Shown: positions 21,748-31,788 of the stretch, in pieces
Numbering within the stretch: position 1 is the stretch's first letter
How the letters are laid out: each line of letters opens with the position of its first letter
Assembly (NCBI GenBank): GCA_963763115.1
Contig: CAVXNM010000078.1
Coordinates: forward strand, 21,477-85,476
Direction of reading: 5' to 3'
Source: an uncultured Gammaproteobacteria bacterium
Lineage (GTDB): Bacteria; Pseudomonadota; Gammaproteobacteria; UBA9214
Length of the DNA: 64,000 bases
The notes under the pieces: model-generated
What the model saw: the letters and a program-made list of their open reading frames with translations, nothing else
Told to the model about the DNA's origin: nothing
Database searches by the model: none
Position numbers and translations under genes: made by a program

Positions 21748-23199
21748 ATGAAGATCGACTGGAAAACCTACAATCCGGGTAATTTCTATGACGAAATGAT
21801 CAGCACGCCCGGTAATGCACGAACCGCATCCCGCGGCCTGGCGAGCTACCTGCAGTCACTGGGCGACAAGGAACTGGCCCGGCGCCAGCGCGCCGCCGAC
21901 CTTGCCATCGCCGAGATGGGGGTGACCTTCACAGTCTATACCGAGGGCGAGAACATCGACCGCGCCTGGCCCTTCGACATCATTCCGCGCGTCATTGCCC
22001 AGAAGGAGTGGTCGCGGATACAAGAGGGGCTGGAGCAACGCGTCACTGCGCTCAACTTGTTCATCGACGACATCTACAACGACCAGAAGATCATCACCGA
22101 CAAGGTATTCCCGCGCAAACTGCTGCTCAGCTCCAAGAACTACCTGCCGCAATGCGCGGGTTACCGCCCGCGGTACGGCATGTGGGCTCATATCTGCGGC
22201 TCGGACCTGGTGCGCGACAAGGACGGCACCTTCTATGTCCTGGAGGACAACCTGCGCGTTCCTTCAGGGGTTTCCTACATGGTGGAGAATCGCGGCGTCA
22301 CCAAGCGGGTATTCCCGGAACTGTTTCGCAAGCACCGCATCCTGCCGGTCGATGACTACCCGGCCCAGTTGTTCGATATGCTGACGTCGCTGTCGCCGCG
22401 ACCGCTGGATTTCCCCGAGATCGTGGTGATGACGCCGGGTATCTTCAATTCGGCCTACTTCGAACATTCCTATCTCGCCCAGCAAATGGGCGCCGAACTG
22501 GTGGAAGGGAGCGACCTGGTCGTCGGCGAGGATAACTGCGTCTACATGAAGACCATCAACGGCCTGCAGCAGGTCGATGTCATTTACCGCCGCGTCAATG
22601 ACGAGTTCATCGATCCGGAAGTATTTCTCAAGGATTCGGTGCTCGGCGTGCGCGGACTGCTGCGCGCCTGGCGAGCCGGCAAGGTCGCGCTGGCCAATGC
22701 ACCCGGCGCCGGCGTGGCGGATGACAAGGTGGTCTACACCTATGTACCCGACATCATCAAGTATTACCTGGACCAGGACCCCCTCATTCCCAACGTACCG
22801 TCCTATCGCTGCGAGGACAAAAAGCAACGCGACTACATCCTCGCCAATCTGGAAAAACTGGTAGTCAAACCGGCAAACGAATCCGGCGGCTACGGCATGC
22901 TGGTCGGTCCGCATGCCAGCGCGGCGGAGCGCAGCAAGTTCGCGGGTCTCATCAAACGCTCGCCGCGCAACTACATCGCGCAGCCGGCCCTGTCACTGTC
23001 GACGGCGCCGACCATCTGCGGACGCAGCATCGAGCCGCGCCACCTGGATCTGCGCCCGTTCATCCTGCAGGGCGAACGCACCCATGTCACCGCGGGCGGA
23101 CTCACCCGTGTCGCCCTGCGCAAGGGTTCACTGGTGGTCAACTCCTCGCAGGGCGGTGGCAGCAAGGATACATGGATACTGGAAACACGGAGCAACTGA
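21748..23199 (+). CDS. circularly permuted type-2 ATP-grasp protein (DUF404/DUF407), Anbu-operon type
   Basis: Family-typical length and motifs, followed at +2 bp by an alpha-E domain gene. Start at MKIDWK (the ORF track allows 21721). Confidence 0.78.
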   Translation: MKIDWKTYNPGNFYDEMISTPGNARTASRGLASYLQSLGDKELARRQRAADLAIAEMGVTFTVYTEGENIDRAWPFDIIPRVIAQKEWSRIQEGLEQRVTALNLFIDDIYNDQKIITDKVFPRKLLLSSKNYLPQCAGYRPRYGMWAHICGSDLVRDKDGTFYVLEDNLRVPSGVSYMVENRGVTKRVFPELFRKHRILPVDDYPAQLFDMLTSLSPRPLDFPEIVVMTPGIFNSAYFEHSYLAQQMGAELVEGSDLVVGEDNCVYMKTINGLQQVDVIYRRVNDEFIDPEVFLKDSVLGVRGLLRAWRAGKVALANAPGAGVADDKVVYTYVPDIIKYYLDQDPLIPNVPSYRCEDKKQRDYILANLEKLVVKPANESGGYGMLVGPHASAAERSKFAGLIKRSPRNYIAQPALSLSTAPTICGRSIEPRHLDLRPFILQGERTHVTAGGLTRVALRKGSLVVNSSQGGGSKDTWILETRSN

Positions 23200-23200
23200 C

Positions 23201-24142
23201 ATGCTGTCAAGGGTGGCGGAAAGACTTTACTGGATGGCGCGCTACCTGGAGCGCGCGGAAAACACCGCGCGTCTGGCCAAGGTCTACAGCTACCTGATGC
23301 TCGATCTGCCGAACGGTGTCGGCCTGAGCTGGCAGCAACTGATCGACATCACCGGCAACCAGGAACTCTACCGTAAACACCATCGCACGGCCGGTGAACG
23401 CAATGTCATGCGCTTTATCCTGAGCGAACCGGAAAATCCCGGGTCGCTGATCTCGGCGCTGTCCATGGCGCGAGAGAACGTCCGTACCACCCGCGACCTG
23501 GTGCCGAGCGAGGGCTGGGAACACGTCAATGAGCTGTATCTGTTCGCGAAGAAGAAACTCGCCAAAAAGACTCTGCCGAAGGGTTTGTACGAATTTCTTT
23601 CCGAAATCATCATGCGCTGCCAGCAGATTACCGGATTGATGGCCGGCACCATGAGCCATGGCGATGCCTACCAGTTCGTGCGCATCGGGCGCAACCTGGA
23701 ACGTTTCGACATGACCTCGCGCATCATCGACGTGGGCTCCGCCACGCTGCTGGCCAAGGGTGCCGAACTGGAACGCCTCGAAGGACGTCTGTGGACCTAT
23801 CTGCTGCGCGCGCTCAGCGCCCACCAGATGTACCGCCAGTACGTGCGGCGACAGATTCGGCCGGATTCCGTACTCGGCTTCCTGCTGCACGATATGCATT
23901 TCCCGCGCGCCATGGCGCACACACTGGGTGAGATCCAGTCCTGCATTACCCTGCTGCCGCGCCACGAGGAAACTTTGCAGAGCATCTCCGAACTGTCAAC
24001 GCAGGTACTCGCCTCTGATGTCGGCACACTCTATCCGCTGGGTTTGCATGCGTTCCTTGACAAACTGCAGCTGGAACTCGGCGGACTGCATCAGGAGATC
24101 GTCCACACCTGGTTCGCGCCGGTTGCGGATCAGCCGGCCTGA
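23201..24142 (+). CDS. alpha-E domain protein (DUF403)
   Basis: MLSRVAERLYWMARYLERAENTARL is the hallmark alpha-E N-terminus. Confidence 0.8.
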   Translation: MLSRVAERLYWMARYLERAENTARLAKVYSYLMLDLPNGVGLSWQQLIDITGNQELYRKHHRTAGERNVMRFILSEPENPGSLISALSMARENVRTTRDLVPSEGWEHVNELYLFAKKKLAKKTLPKGLYEFLSEIIMRCQQITGLMAGTMSHGDAYQFVRIGRNLERFDMTSRIIDVGSATLLAKGAELERLEGRLWTYLLRALSAHQMYRQYVRRQIRPDSVLGFLLHDMHFPRAMAHTLGEIQSCITLLPRHEETLQSISELSTQVLASDVGTLYPLGLHAFLDKLQLELGGLHQEIVHTWFAPVADQPA

Positions 24143-24181
24143 CCACGGCCGGATCGAAACGCCGGGAGGAATAGTCCCGTG

Positions 24182-24940
24182 TCAGTCCGCGTTTACTGCA
24201 ACGCGCTCGGGCTCGCTCCAAGTGAATCTGTGCAGTTCCGCGAAGGCTTCCTTGATTTTCTGATCCCAGGCGGTCTTGATTTCCAGGAGATAGGAATCGT
24301 CGGCCGGGAACATGAAGTGGCGGCGCACGTTGAGAGAGTCCTTTTCGTAGAGCAGGATATCGATTGGCGGCCCGACCGTCGCATTCGAGCGCATGGTCGA
24401 ATCCATCGACACCAGCGCGCACAACGCCGCCTCCTCGAGGCTGGTCTCGCGGGTAATGATGCGGTCGAGAATCGGTTTGCCGTACTTGATCTCGCCGCTC
24501 TGCTGGTAGGGATTCTCGGGCGTGGCCTTGATGAAGTTGCCTTCCGGGTAAACCATAAACACGCGGTGGTTGCCGCCCGCCATCTGCCCGCCGAGTATGA
24601 ACGTGGCGCTGGCATCGAAGGATGAGCCGGCGCTTGCCTGGACATGTTTCTGTTGCTGTGCGGAGCTGAGCTGGCCCAGATATTCCGCGGCCTCGGTCAT
24701 ATCCTGTACCAAATTGAAATTCGGCTCATTGCCCTGCTTGATGTCGCGTTTGATCTGGGCGATCACCGACTGGGTCGTGGCGAGATTTCCTGCGGTCAGC
24801 ACTACGAAGGCGCGTTCACCTTCGATACCGAAGGTGAACATCTTGGTGTAGGTGCTCAGGTGATCGACACCGGCATTGGTGCGCGAATCCGAAGCAAATA
24901 CCAGGCCTTTATCGACTGTGATGGCAAGGCAATAGGTCAT
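24182..24940 (-). CDS. Anbu (ancestral beta-subunit) proteasome-homolog Ntn-hydrolase
   Basis: MTYCLAITVDKGLVFASDSRTNAG has a Thr directly after the Met, as in Ntn hydrolases. About 250 aa. Classic partner of the cpATP-grasp and alpha-E genes. Confidence 0.75.
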   Translation of the reverse strand: MTYCLAITVDKGLVFASDSRTNAGVDHLSTYTKMFTFGIEGERAFVVLTAGNLATTQSVIAQIKRDIKQGNEPNFNLVQDMTEAAEYLGQLSSAQQQKHVQASAGSSFDASATFILGGQMAGGNHRVFMVYPEGNFIKATPENPYQQSGEIKYGKPILDRIITRETSLEEAALCALVSMDSTMRSNATVGPPIDILLYEKDSLNVRRHFMFPADDSYLLEIKTAWDQKIKEAFAELHRFTWSEPERVAVNAD

Positions 24941-25273
24941 TGACTGAACCCGTTCATTCTGGCTAGCTCATGGTTATCAACCATGGTAGAGAGTCGCCGT
25001 GAGCGGCGTCAACAGCTGATTATAATACATTGTATTGCCTTGTAATTATTCTAATATCCCAAGCGCATATATGTATCTGATCCCGCGACGGTGGTCGGTT
25101 GCACTGACCGCACTGCCGATGGCGAAATTTGACCCGTCCGGCGGCGGTCGTCCGGAATGTTCGCGCATGCGGTTGCTGGCGTGTTATGCCGACTGTAAAC
25201 AGTGGTCTGGAAACCGGATGACCAACGACCAGATCAATAGACAGCAGGATGCGGCAGATAAAGACAAACCCCG

Positions 25274-26512
25274 GTGAGCCTGTCTACGAGGAAGTTAAAT
25301 ATGTCAGACACCATTTTGGCCAGTGCCGAATTTTTTATTCGCTGGCAATCGAATGATGCCCGGCATACCGATCATGAATATTTCGCCGCTGTCGATTTCT
25401 GGCGCGATATCTTTCCCGCCGATCTCGGAGAACGCCTCCAGGCGGCGGGACCGGGTGTAACCCTGGAAACCACCACGGCAGCGGGCAAACTCATCCCCGG
25501 CGTATCCGCCAGCGCCCGCCACGACCTGCCCCGTCGGGGAATCGACATGGCGTTTGCAACTCACCATCTGCCGGGGCCGTTTCGCGGACGTTTCTACCCA
25601 CGCGGCTGGCTGGCGGACTGCACCCCGATCGATGGAATCCTTGAGGGCGACATGCAACCGTTCCGCGTAGCCGGCCTGAGCGATGACCGCATCCAGATCG
25701 ATCTCAATCACCCGCTGGCCGCCTATCCGCTGACGGTTGGCGGAAACATCCATGAAATCTCGGCGATCCGGGATGAGCACGGCGGTCGCTCTAACGATAT
25801 CGTCGCCGACATCGCCCACCATGGGTCGGGCATGCAATGCCGGCCCGCAGAGGGTGCCGTCGATTTTATCCACCCCCGGGCCTTCGCACGGGAAGATGAC
25901 TCGACGGATATCGATTTCTATCACACACCACGCCTGGTGCAGCACATCGATGCCACGGCGCGTGCGATCATCAACCGTCGCTATCGACGCTCGATCGCGC
26001 CGGACGCCAGGGTGCTGGACCTGATGAGCAGCTGGGTTTCGCACCTGGACGGCATCGCGGATTCCATAGCAGTATCTGGACTTGGCATGAATGCGGCAGA
26101 ACTGGCCGGGAATCCACGGCTTGCCGACTACGTGGTGCAGGACCTCAACCGGGAACCCCGGCTGCCGTATGCGGACCGCAGTTTTGATGTGGTGGTGTGC
26201 AGCGTATCGGTGGAATATCTGGTTTCGCCGTTTGATGTCTTCGCCGAGGTGGCGCGCGTGCTCAAACCGGGAGGGCACTGCATCGTCACTTTCTCCGACC
26301 GCTGGTTTCCGCCGAAGGTCATCCGGTTGTGGACCGAGCTGCACCCCTTCGAACGCATGGGGTTGGTGCTGGAGTACTTCCGCCAGACCGGGCGGTTCGC
26401 CGACATGGCCACCGAAAGCTGGCGCGGCTGGCCGCGCCCCGGGGATGACAAGTACTACCCGCAGCGACGGACGGCAGACCCGGTGTTCGCGGTGTCAGGG
26501 CAGCGTGGCTGA
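25274..26512 (+). CDS. two-domain protein: unknown N-terminal domain + class I SAM-dependent methyltransferase domain
   Basis: C-terminal VLDLMSS...FDVVVCSVSVEYL...LKPGGHCIVTF are methyltransferase type-11-like motifs. The N-terminal 200 aa are unassigned. Confidence 0.5.
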   Translation: MSLSTRKLNMSDTILASAEFFIRWQSNDARHTDHEYFAAVDFWRDIFPADLGERLQAAGPGVTLETTTAAGKLIPGVSASARHDLPRRGIDMAFATHHLPGPFRGRFYPRGWLADCTPIDGILEGDMQPFRVAGLSDDRIQIDLNHPLAAYPLTVGGNIHEISAIRDEHGGRSNDIVADIAHHGSGMQCRPAEGAVDFIHPRAFAREDDSTDIDFYHTPRLVQHIDATARAIINRRYRRSIAPDARVLDLMSSWVSHLDGIADSIAVSGLGMNAAELAGNPRLADYVVQDLNREPRLPYADRSFDVVVCSVSVEYLVSPFDVFAEVARVLKPGGHCIVTFSDRWFPPKVIRLWTELHPFERMGLVLEYFRQTGRFADMATESWRGWPRPGDDKYYPQRRTADPVFAVSGQRG

Positions 26513-26733
26513 ACCCCCGGTGCCGCACCATTGGCCGCAGTGGTAACATGCTGTCAATGACGCAACGCGTGAGCTCTTGAGCATTACCTAATTCATGACG
26601 CGATACAGTTCGTCTTGCAGACATGCCGCCGGGCTACGTAAACACATGGAATCATTGCAACACAACATTTCCGTGTTTTTCCGTGTACTCCCGTGGCCAT
26701 AAAATCATTTCCGGAATACCGCGGGAGCCGACT

Positions 26734-27780
26734 ATGACAGAGTCCATCGGGAACCATCGCCCAGCCGAACATCCCGCGGTTGCCAGTGGTGGCATCGGCG
26801 TCCTGCTGGTGAACCTCGGTACTCCAGACGCCCACGATACCGCCGCCGTGCGCCGCTACCTCGCCGAGTTTCTGTCGGACCGGCGGGTGATCGAAATGGC
26901 TCCCTGGCTGTGGCAGCCGATACTGCATGGCATCATCCTGCGTACCCGCCCCGCGCGGGTGGCCGAGGCCTATCACAAGGTCTGGTTTAACGAGACCAAC
27001 GAATCACCGCTGCGTTACTACACCCGCCGCCAGGCGGAACTGCTGGGCGAGCGCCTGGGCAAGGGTGACAACAGACTTCTCGTCAGCTGGGCCATGCGCT
27101 ATGGCAATCCCTCAATCGAGGAGCAGATGGACGCCTTGCACAAGCAGGGTTGCGAACGCGTGCTGATCGTGCCGTTGTATCCGCAATACAGCGCCTCCAC
27201 CACGGCCACGGTCAATGACCGGGTCTTCGAGACGCTGAAGACCATGCGCTGGCAGCCGGCACTGCGCTGCCTGCCGCCCTATTACGATCACCCGGCCTAC
27301 ATCGAAGCTATTGCGCAGTCGATAGATCAGCACATGGCGGCGGGTGAGCAGCGCCCCGAGGTGATACTGGCTTCCTTCCATGGCCTGCCACAGGAATACT
27401 TCGACAAGGGTGATCCCTATTACTGCCACTGTGCCAAAACCACCCGCCTGCTACGTGAGCGGCTCGGTCTTAGTGAACAGCAGCTGCGCATGACCTTCCA
27501 GTCGCGCTTCGGCCCGAAGAAATGGCTGCAACCCTACACCGACAAAACTCTCAAGGCGCTGGCCCGGGAGGGCGTCAGGCACCTCGCCGTGGTCATGCCG
27601 GGCTTTGCCGCCGATTGCCTGGAAACCCTCGAGGAGATGGCCATGCAGAACCGCGACCTGTTCCTGGGACATGGCGGCACCCGCTACGATGTCATCCCCT
27701 GCCTGAATGATTCAGAGACGGGGATCGATATGCTGCATAACCTGGTCGCACAGGAACTGGCCGGATGGATTGCAACCTAG
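26734..27780 (+). CDS. hemH: ferrochelatase
   Basis: GVLLVNLGTPD, IVPLYPQYS and SFHGLP motifs. Start at MTESIG with an upstream GGGAG RBS. Confidence 0.9.
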   Translation: MTESIGNHRPAEHPAVASGGIGVLLVNLGTPDAHDTAAVRRYLAEFLSDRRVIEMAPWLWQPILHGIILRTRPARVAEAYHKVWFNETNESPLRYYTRRQAELLGERLGKGDNRLLVSWAMRYGNPSIEEQMDALHKQGCERVLIVPLYPQYSASTTATVNDRVFETLKTMRWQPALRCLPPYYDHPAYIEAIAQSIDQHMAAGEQRPEVILASFHGLPQEYFDKGDPYYCHCAKTTRLLRERLGLSEQQLRMTFQSRFGPKKWLQPYTDKTLKALAREGVRHLAVVMPGFAADCLETLEEMAMQNRDLFLGHGGTRYDVIPCLNDSETGIDMLHNLVAQELAGWIAT

Positions 27781-27829
27781 GAGATGGCGCGGTTGTTGCG
27801 GCAAGCTGGACTTTAAATCGGGGATATAT

Positions 27830-28855
27830 ATGAAAATGAAACAGCAGGTGTCAGTAATGGAAGCCGTTGTCATGCGAGCTCCCGGCGGGGCCGAGGTGCT
27901 GCGGCACCAGAAAGTTCCCGTGCCCGGGATCATACACGACACGGACGTGCTGGTCCGGCTCAGAGCGGCAGGGCTAAACCCTGTCGATGCAAAACTGCGA
28001 CAGAACCCCGGCAGCTACTCGATGCCATTGCCTGTGGTGCTCGGCTTCGACGGTGCCGGCGTGGTAGAGGCGACCGGCAGGGAAGTCACCCGCTTTGCCC
28101 CAGGTGACGAGGTCTACTTCTGCCACCCGAGCTTCGGCGGGCGCTCGGGCTGTTATGCGTCCTACACGGTCGTGCCCGAAATCCTGCTGGCACGCAAACC
28201 GGCGCGCCTGAGTTTTACCGAGGCCGCGGCCGTTCCCCTGGCGCTGATCACCGCATGGGAATCGCTGTTTCAACGGGCCGCTGTACAGGCCGGCCAGAAA
28301 GTGCTCGTGCATGGCGGAGCCGGCGGGGTGGGCCACCTCGCCATCCAGTTGGCAAAACAGGCCGGGGCCGGTGTTTGCACAACCGTCAGTTCGGAGACCA
28401 AGGCAGCGTTCGTGAACTCCCTGGGTGCGGATGAGCACATCTACTATCGTGACGAGGATTTTACGCAGGCGGTACTGCGCTGGACCGCGGGTCAGGGCGT
28501 CGACGTCGCACTGGACACCGTCGGCGGAGAAACCTTCGAGCATACCTTTGCCGCCGTGCGCTATGCAGGCCTGGTGGTCACGCTGCTGCAACCCGCAGCC
28601 AGTACCAACTGGGGCATCGCACGCCAGCGCAACCTTGGCATAGGACTTGAGCTGATGCTGTCGCCGACTTACCTTGAGATTGCGCAGGCACAACGCGCGC
28701 AGTCACGCATCCTTGAAGCGTGTGCAGCGCGCTTCGACAACGGGGAACTCAGGGTCTGCGTGACACAGACCTGTTCCCTGAAAGATGCGGCGCTGGCCCA
28801 TCATGAGCTGGAGAGTGGCACACAGGTCGGTAAACTGGTCCTGGAAATCGATTGA
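27830..28855 (+). CDS. zinc-type alcohol dehydrogenase/quinone oxidoreductase family (MDR superfamily) NAD(P)H oxidoreductase
   Basis: GFDGAGVV, VLVHGGAGGVGHLAIQLAK (Rossmann) and a C-terminal GKLVL. Confidence 0.8.
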   Translation: MKMKQQVSVMEAVVMRAPGGAEVLRHQKVPVPGIIHDTDVLVRLRAAGLNPVDAKLRQNPGSYSMPLPVVLGFDGAGVVEATGREVTRFAPGDEVYFCHPSFGGRSGCYASYTVVPEILLARKPARLSFTEAAAVPLALITAWESLFQRAAVQAGQKVLVHGGAGGVGHLAIQLAKQAGAGVCTTVSSETKAAFVNSLGADEHIYYRDEDFTQAVLRWTAGQGVDVALDTVGGETFEHTFAAVRYAGLVVTLLQPAASTNWGIARQRNLGIGLELMLSPTYLEIAQAQRAQSRILEACAARFDNGELRVCVTQTCSLKDAALAHHELESGTQVGKLVLEID

Positions 28856-29173
28856 GTGATGGGCATAATGGCAGGCAACGGTGACGTCGCCATTGCAGCC
28901 AGACTGCCACCCATCGCATGACCTTCCGGTAATTCACTTTTTCCCGGCCGCTGTTGCACAGATGACCGCTGTAAAACGACCATTCCGGTCCGATCCAGAA
29001 AACATTCATCATCGCGAATCAACGCAAACCACGCGCGGGGATGTATTCCATGTCCGATTCCAGCCGGATCACAGAACAGGCGACCCTTATATATTCCGGA
29101 AGATTGCCAATATATTGTATTGAGGCGGTCAGGAAGTGCCGCTGGAATTGAACCATGAGGTCAAGGTGATCCT

Positions 29174-29401
29174 ATGTCAGTTTACGGTCATGATCTGAGG
29201 AGTTGTGCAACGTGCGCCTATTGGGGTGGCTCAAGGAAGGCCGTCAACATGCGGGCCGGCATGAATGTCGATCACTATGAAACGGGACCCTGCGCCCACC
29301 TCAACAGACGGGGCGTGCAGTGCAGTGAGAACGCCGTATGCCAGGATTACCTGATGTGGTCCGCCATTAAAGACCGTTTACTGAAAATTATCACGGGATA
29401 G
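29174..29401 (+). CDS. small Cys-rich hypothetical protein
   Basis: 75-aa protein with CATC...GPCAH...C...C. Isolated in a 0.9-kb low-coding region. Weak. Confidence 0.25.
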   Translation: MSVYGHDLRSCATCAYWGGSRKAVNMRAGMNVDHYETGPCAHLNRRGVQCSENAVCQDYLMWSAIKDRLLKIITG

Positions 29402-29726
29402 ATCCTGTCCGCCCCGACAGAATTCAATTTCACCGGGAAGCGTCATCACGGTTAATGACAGCCCGGACAGTGCTGTTCGTATTCCCCTTCAGCAGAAGAT
29501 TCGCGGACTGTTATCACTGGAATATCCCGAATGGACGCCGCCTGTTTGCCGGTACTGGACCGACGGCGAGTGTTGCTTTGAACGCGGTTTAAACCTGAAG
29601 TACACTTTGCCAGCGTCTCACCAGTCGATGCCATGATGACGTCGTCGGACGCGGCTTCGAAGCGGCCGTATGAAATCGTGGCGAAGAAATGATTCGATTA
29701 TCCGCCATAATGCATCAAGCGCAGGA

Positions 29727-29978
29727 ATGAGCAGAATGGAGCCGACCGATTACACGCCGATTGATTGCAGCTCGTACAGTGAATACGAGCTGGCCATCAT
29801 GCATGGAAAACGACTGCGGGTAAGCTGGCGTGACGCGGAGGGATCTCCCCGTATCGAGGTGCTGGTACCGGTCGATCTGCGCACACGGCAAGGCGAGGAG
29901 TTTCTGGTGGCAACCGACCATTTCGGTGCTCAACGGGAAATCAGGCTGGACCGAATACTGGGCTACCAATGCCTCTGA
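29727..29978 (+). CDS. Rho-binding antiterminator Rof/YaeO-like protein
   Basis: YTPIDCSSYSEYELAIMHGKRLRVSW aligns with E. coli Rof YQPINCDDYDNLELACQHHL. About 80 aa. Confidence 0.55.
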   Translation: MSRMEPTDYTPIDCSSYSEYELAIMHGKRLRVSWRDAEGSPRIEVLVPVDLRTRQGEEFLVATDHFGAQREIRLDRILGYQCL

Positions 29979-30038
29979 GGTCACTGACCCATCGCCCGGG
30001 GATTACCCGCCGGGTGCAATGACATCGGCCTGACCAGC

Positions 30039-31532
30039 ATGTTTAACGGAAATCGGCGGACGGACGACAGCCATGATCTCGAGTTGCTGTTGCGCTCCCG
30101 TGTCCCGTTGATCGTGGTGGAATCCCGGGATGAAACGCGGGTCACACGGCTGTTCTCCACGCTGGCGCTGCGGCTCGCCATACCGGTGATGGCGTGGTCT
30201 TCGACCAACGGCCTGCATCGCATAGACTACGAATCGGTGCCCCAGCGCCATACCAGTGAACCGCGTCAGGCGCTGGGACAGATCAAGGCCACGACCCAGG
30301 CCACAATTTACCTGCTGCTGGACTTCCACCCCTACCTGGATGACCCCTACAACATCCGTCTGCTGAAGGAAATCGCCCTGGACTATCCCCGCCTGGGACA
30401 CACACTGGTGCTGATAAGCCACCAGCTTGAGATTCCCCCGGAACTGCGCAGCTACAGTGCGCGTTTCTCCCTTTCCATGCCGAATGCCGAACGTCTGGAA
30501 GAAATTATCCGGGAGGAGGCAAGTCACTGGTCAAAGGTCAATCACGGCAAAAAGGTGAAGACGGACCACCGGATACTGGACCTGCTAGTGAGCCAGTTGC
30601 GCGGCCTGACGGCAACCGATGCACGCCGGATTATCCGTAGCGTCATCTACGATGACGGGACCATCAGCAGCGAGGACCTGAACCGCGCCGCACGGGAGCG
30701 CTACACCCTGCTGGATAACAATGGCGCGCTGTCCTGTGAATTCGACACGGTGGATTTTATCGACGTGGGCGGTCTGGAGAATCTCAAACGCTGGATCAAG
30801 CGCCGCCGTGTCGCCTTTCTTGAACCGGATGGAAAACTGGATATACCAAAGGGCATCCTGCTAGTCGGCGTGCAGGGTGGCGGCAAGAGCCTTGCCGCCA
30901 GGGCCGTCGCCGGAATGTGGAGACTCGCGTTGCTGCGGCTCGACTTCGGCACGCTCTACAACAAGTTCTTTGGGGAAACCGAACGCAACTTGCGCGAAGC
31001 GCTCAAGTCAGCCGAGGCCATGGCGCCTTGCGTGTTATGGATCGATGAGATCGAGAAGGCCATCGCCGCCGGCGACTACGACAACGGCACCTCGCGGCGG
31101 ATTCTTGGTAACCTGTTGACCTGGATGTCCGAACGTACGGCAGCGGTGTTCATCGTCGCCACAGCCAACGTGATCGAACACCTGCCTCCGGAACTGATCC
31201 GCAAGGGACGACTGGATGAAATTTTCTTCGTAGACCTGCCCGATGCCGCTACCCGCGCCGAAATCTTCGCCATTCATCTGCGCAAGCGCGATCTCAACCC
31301 GTCCGACTTCAACATCCCGGCGCTCGCCGCGCTAACGGAAGGCTTCTCCGGCGCAGAAATCGAACAGGCCGTCGTGGCCGCCCTGTACCTCGCACGGGAG
31401 CAGCAGTTGCCGCTCAACACGGCTCATATCCGCAATGAACTGGTGCAGACTCAACCGCTTTCCCGGGTTATGACGGAGAACGTGAGTCGCCTGCGCGCAT
31501 GGGCCAAAGACCGAACAGTATCGGCCAATTGA
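30039..31532 (+). CDS. AAA+ ATPase, Ycf46-like (N-terminal Ycf46-type domain + C-terminal AAA module)
   Basis: Walker A GVQGGGKS, Walker B VLWIDEIEK, and an N-terminal LLRSRVPLIVVESRDE pattern. 497 aa. Confidence 0.7.
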   Translation: MFNGNRRTDDSHDLELLLRSRVPLIVVESRDETRVTRLFSTLALRLAIPVMAWSSTNGLHRIDYESVPQRHTSEPRQALGQIKATTQATIYLLLDFHPYLDDPYNIRLLKEIALDYPRLGHTLVLISHQLEIPPELRSYSARFSLSMPNAERLEEIIREEASHWSKVNHGKKVKTDHRILDLLVSQLRGLTATDARRIIRSVIYDDGTISSEDLNRAARERYTLLDNNGALSCEFDTVDFIDVGGLENLKRWIKRRRVAFLEPDGKLDIPKGILLVGVQGGGKSLAARAVAGMWRLALLRLDFGTLYNKFFGETERNLREALKSAEAMAPCVLWIDEIEKAIAAGDYDNGTSRRILGNLLTWMSERTAAVFIVATANVIEHLPPELIRKGRLDEIFFVDLPDAATRAEIFAIHLRKRDLNPSDFNIPALAALTEGFSGAEIEQAVVAALYLAREQQLPLNTAHIRNELVQTQPLSRVMTENVSRLRAWAKDRTVSAN

Positions 31533-31751
31533 ACAAAAAATCTCAAATACATTGATGTCAAGTCATCGCAGACAGGCGGCAAGTTATTAACAATCCTGGC
31601 ACGTCCAGCGGGGAAATGACGCAGAATCAAGGGTATTCCCGCCCAATTCATTATATGTAATTGTTTTACATCATTATATTATCTATAACGAAGGTCGCCA
31701 CGGGTAGCAGGCAGGGAAACTGGTTGTTGCCGGCGCGCTATTCCTGTTGTT

Positions 31752-31788
31752 CTATCCACATAGTTATCCACAGCTTTCCTTATGGATA
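31752..31788. promoter_or_regulatory. cluster of three DnaA-box-like 9-mers (CTATCCACA, TTATCCACA, TTATGGATA) next to an AT-rich tract
   Basis: Read directly. The perfect consensus TTATCCACA is at 31764-31772. Near-consensus boxes are at 31752-31760 and, inverted, at 31780-31788. An AT-rich tract of about 43 bp lies at 31648-31690. Confidence 0.45.

Noticed and set aside
24182-24940. Alternative call of the Ntn hydrolase as HslV
   Set aside because: No adjacent hslU. The N-terminus MTYCLAITV...SDSRTN and the presence of the cpATP-grasp and alpha-E genes fit Anbu far better.
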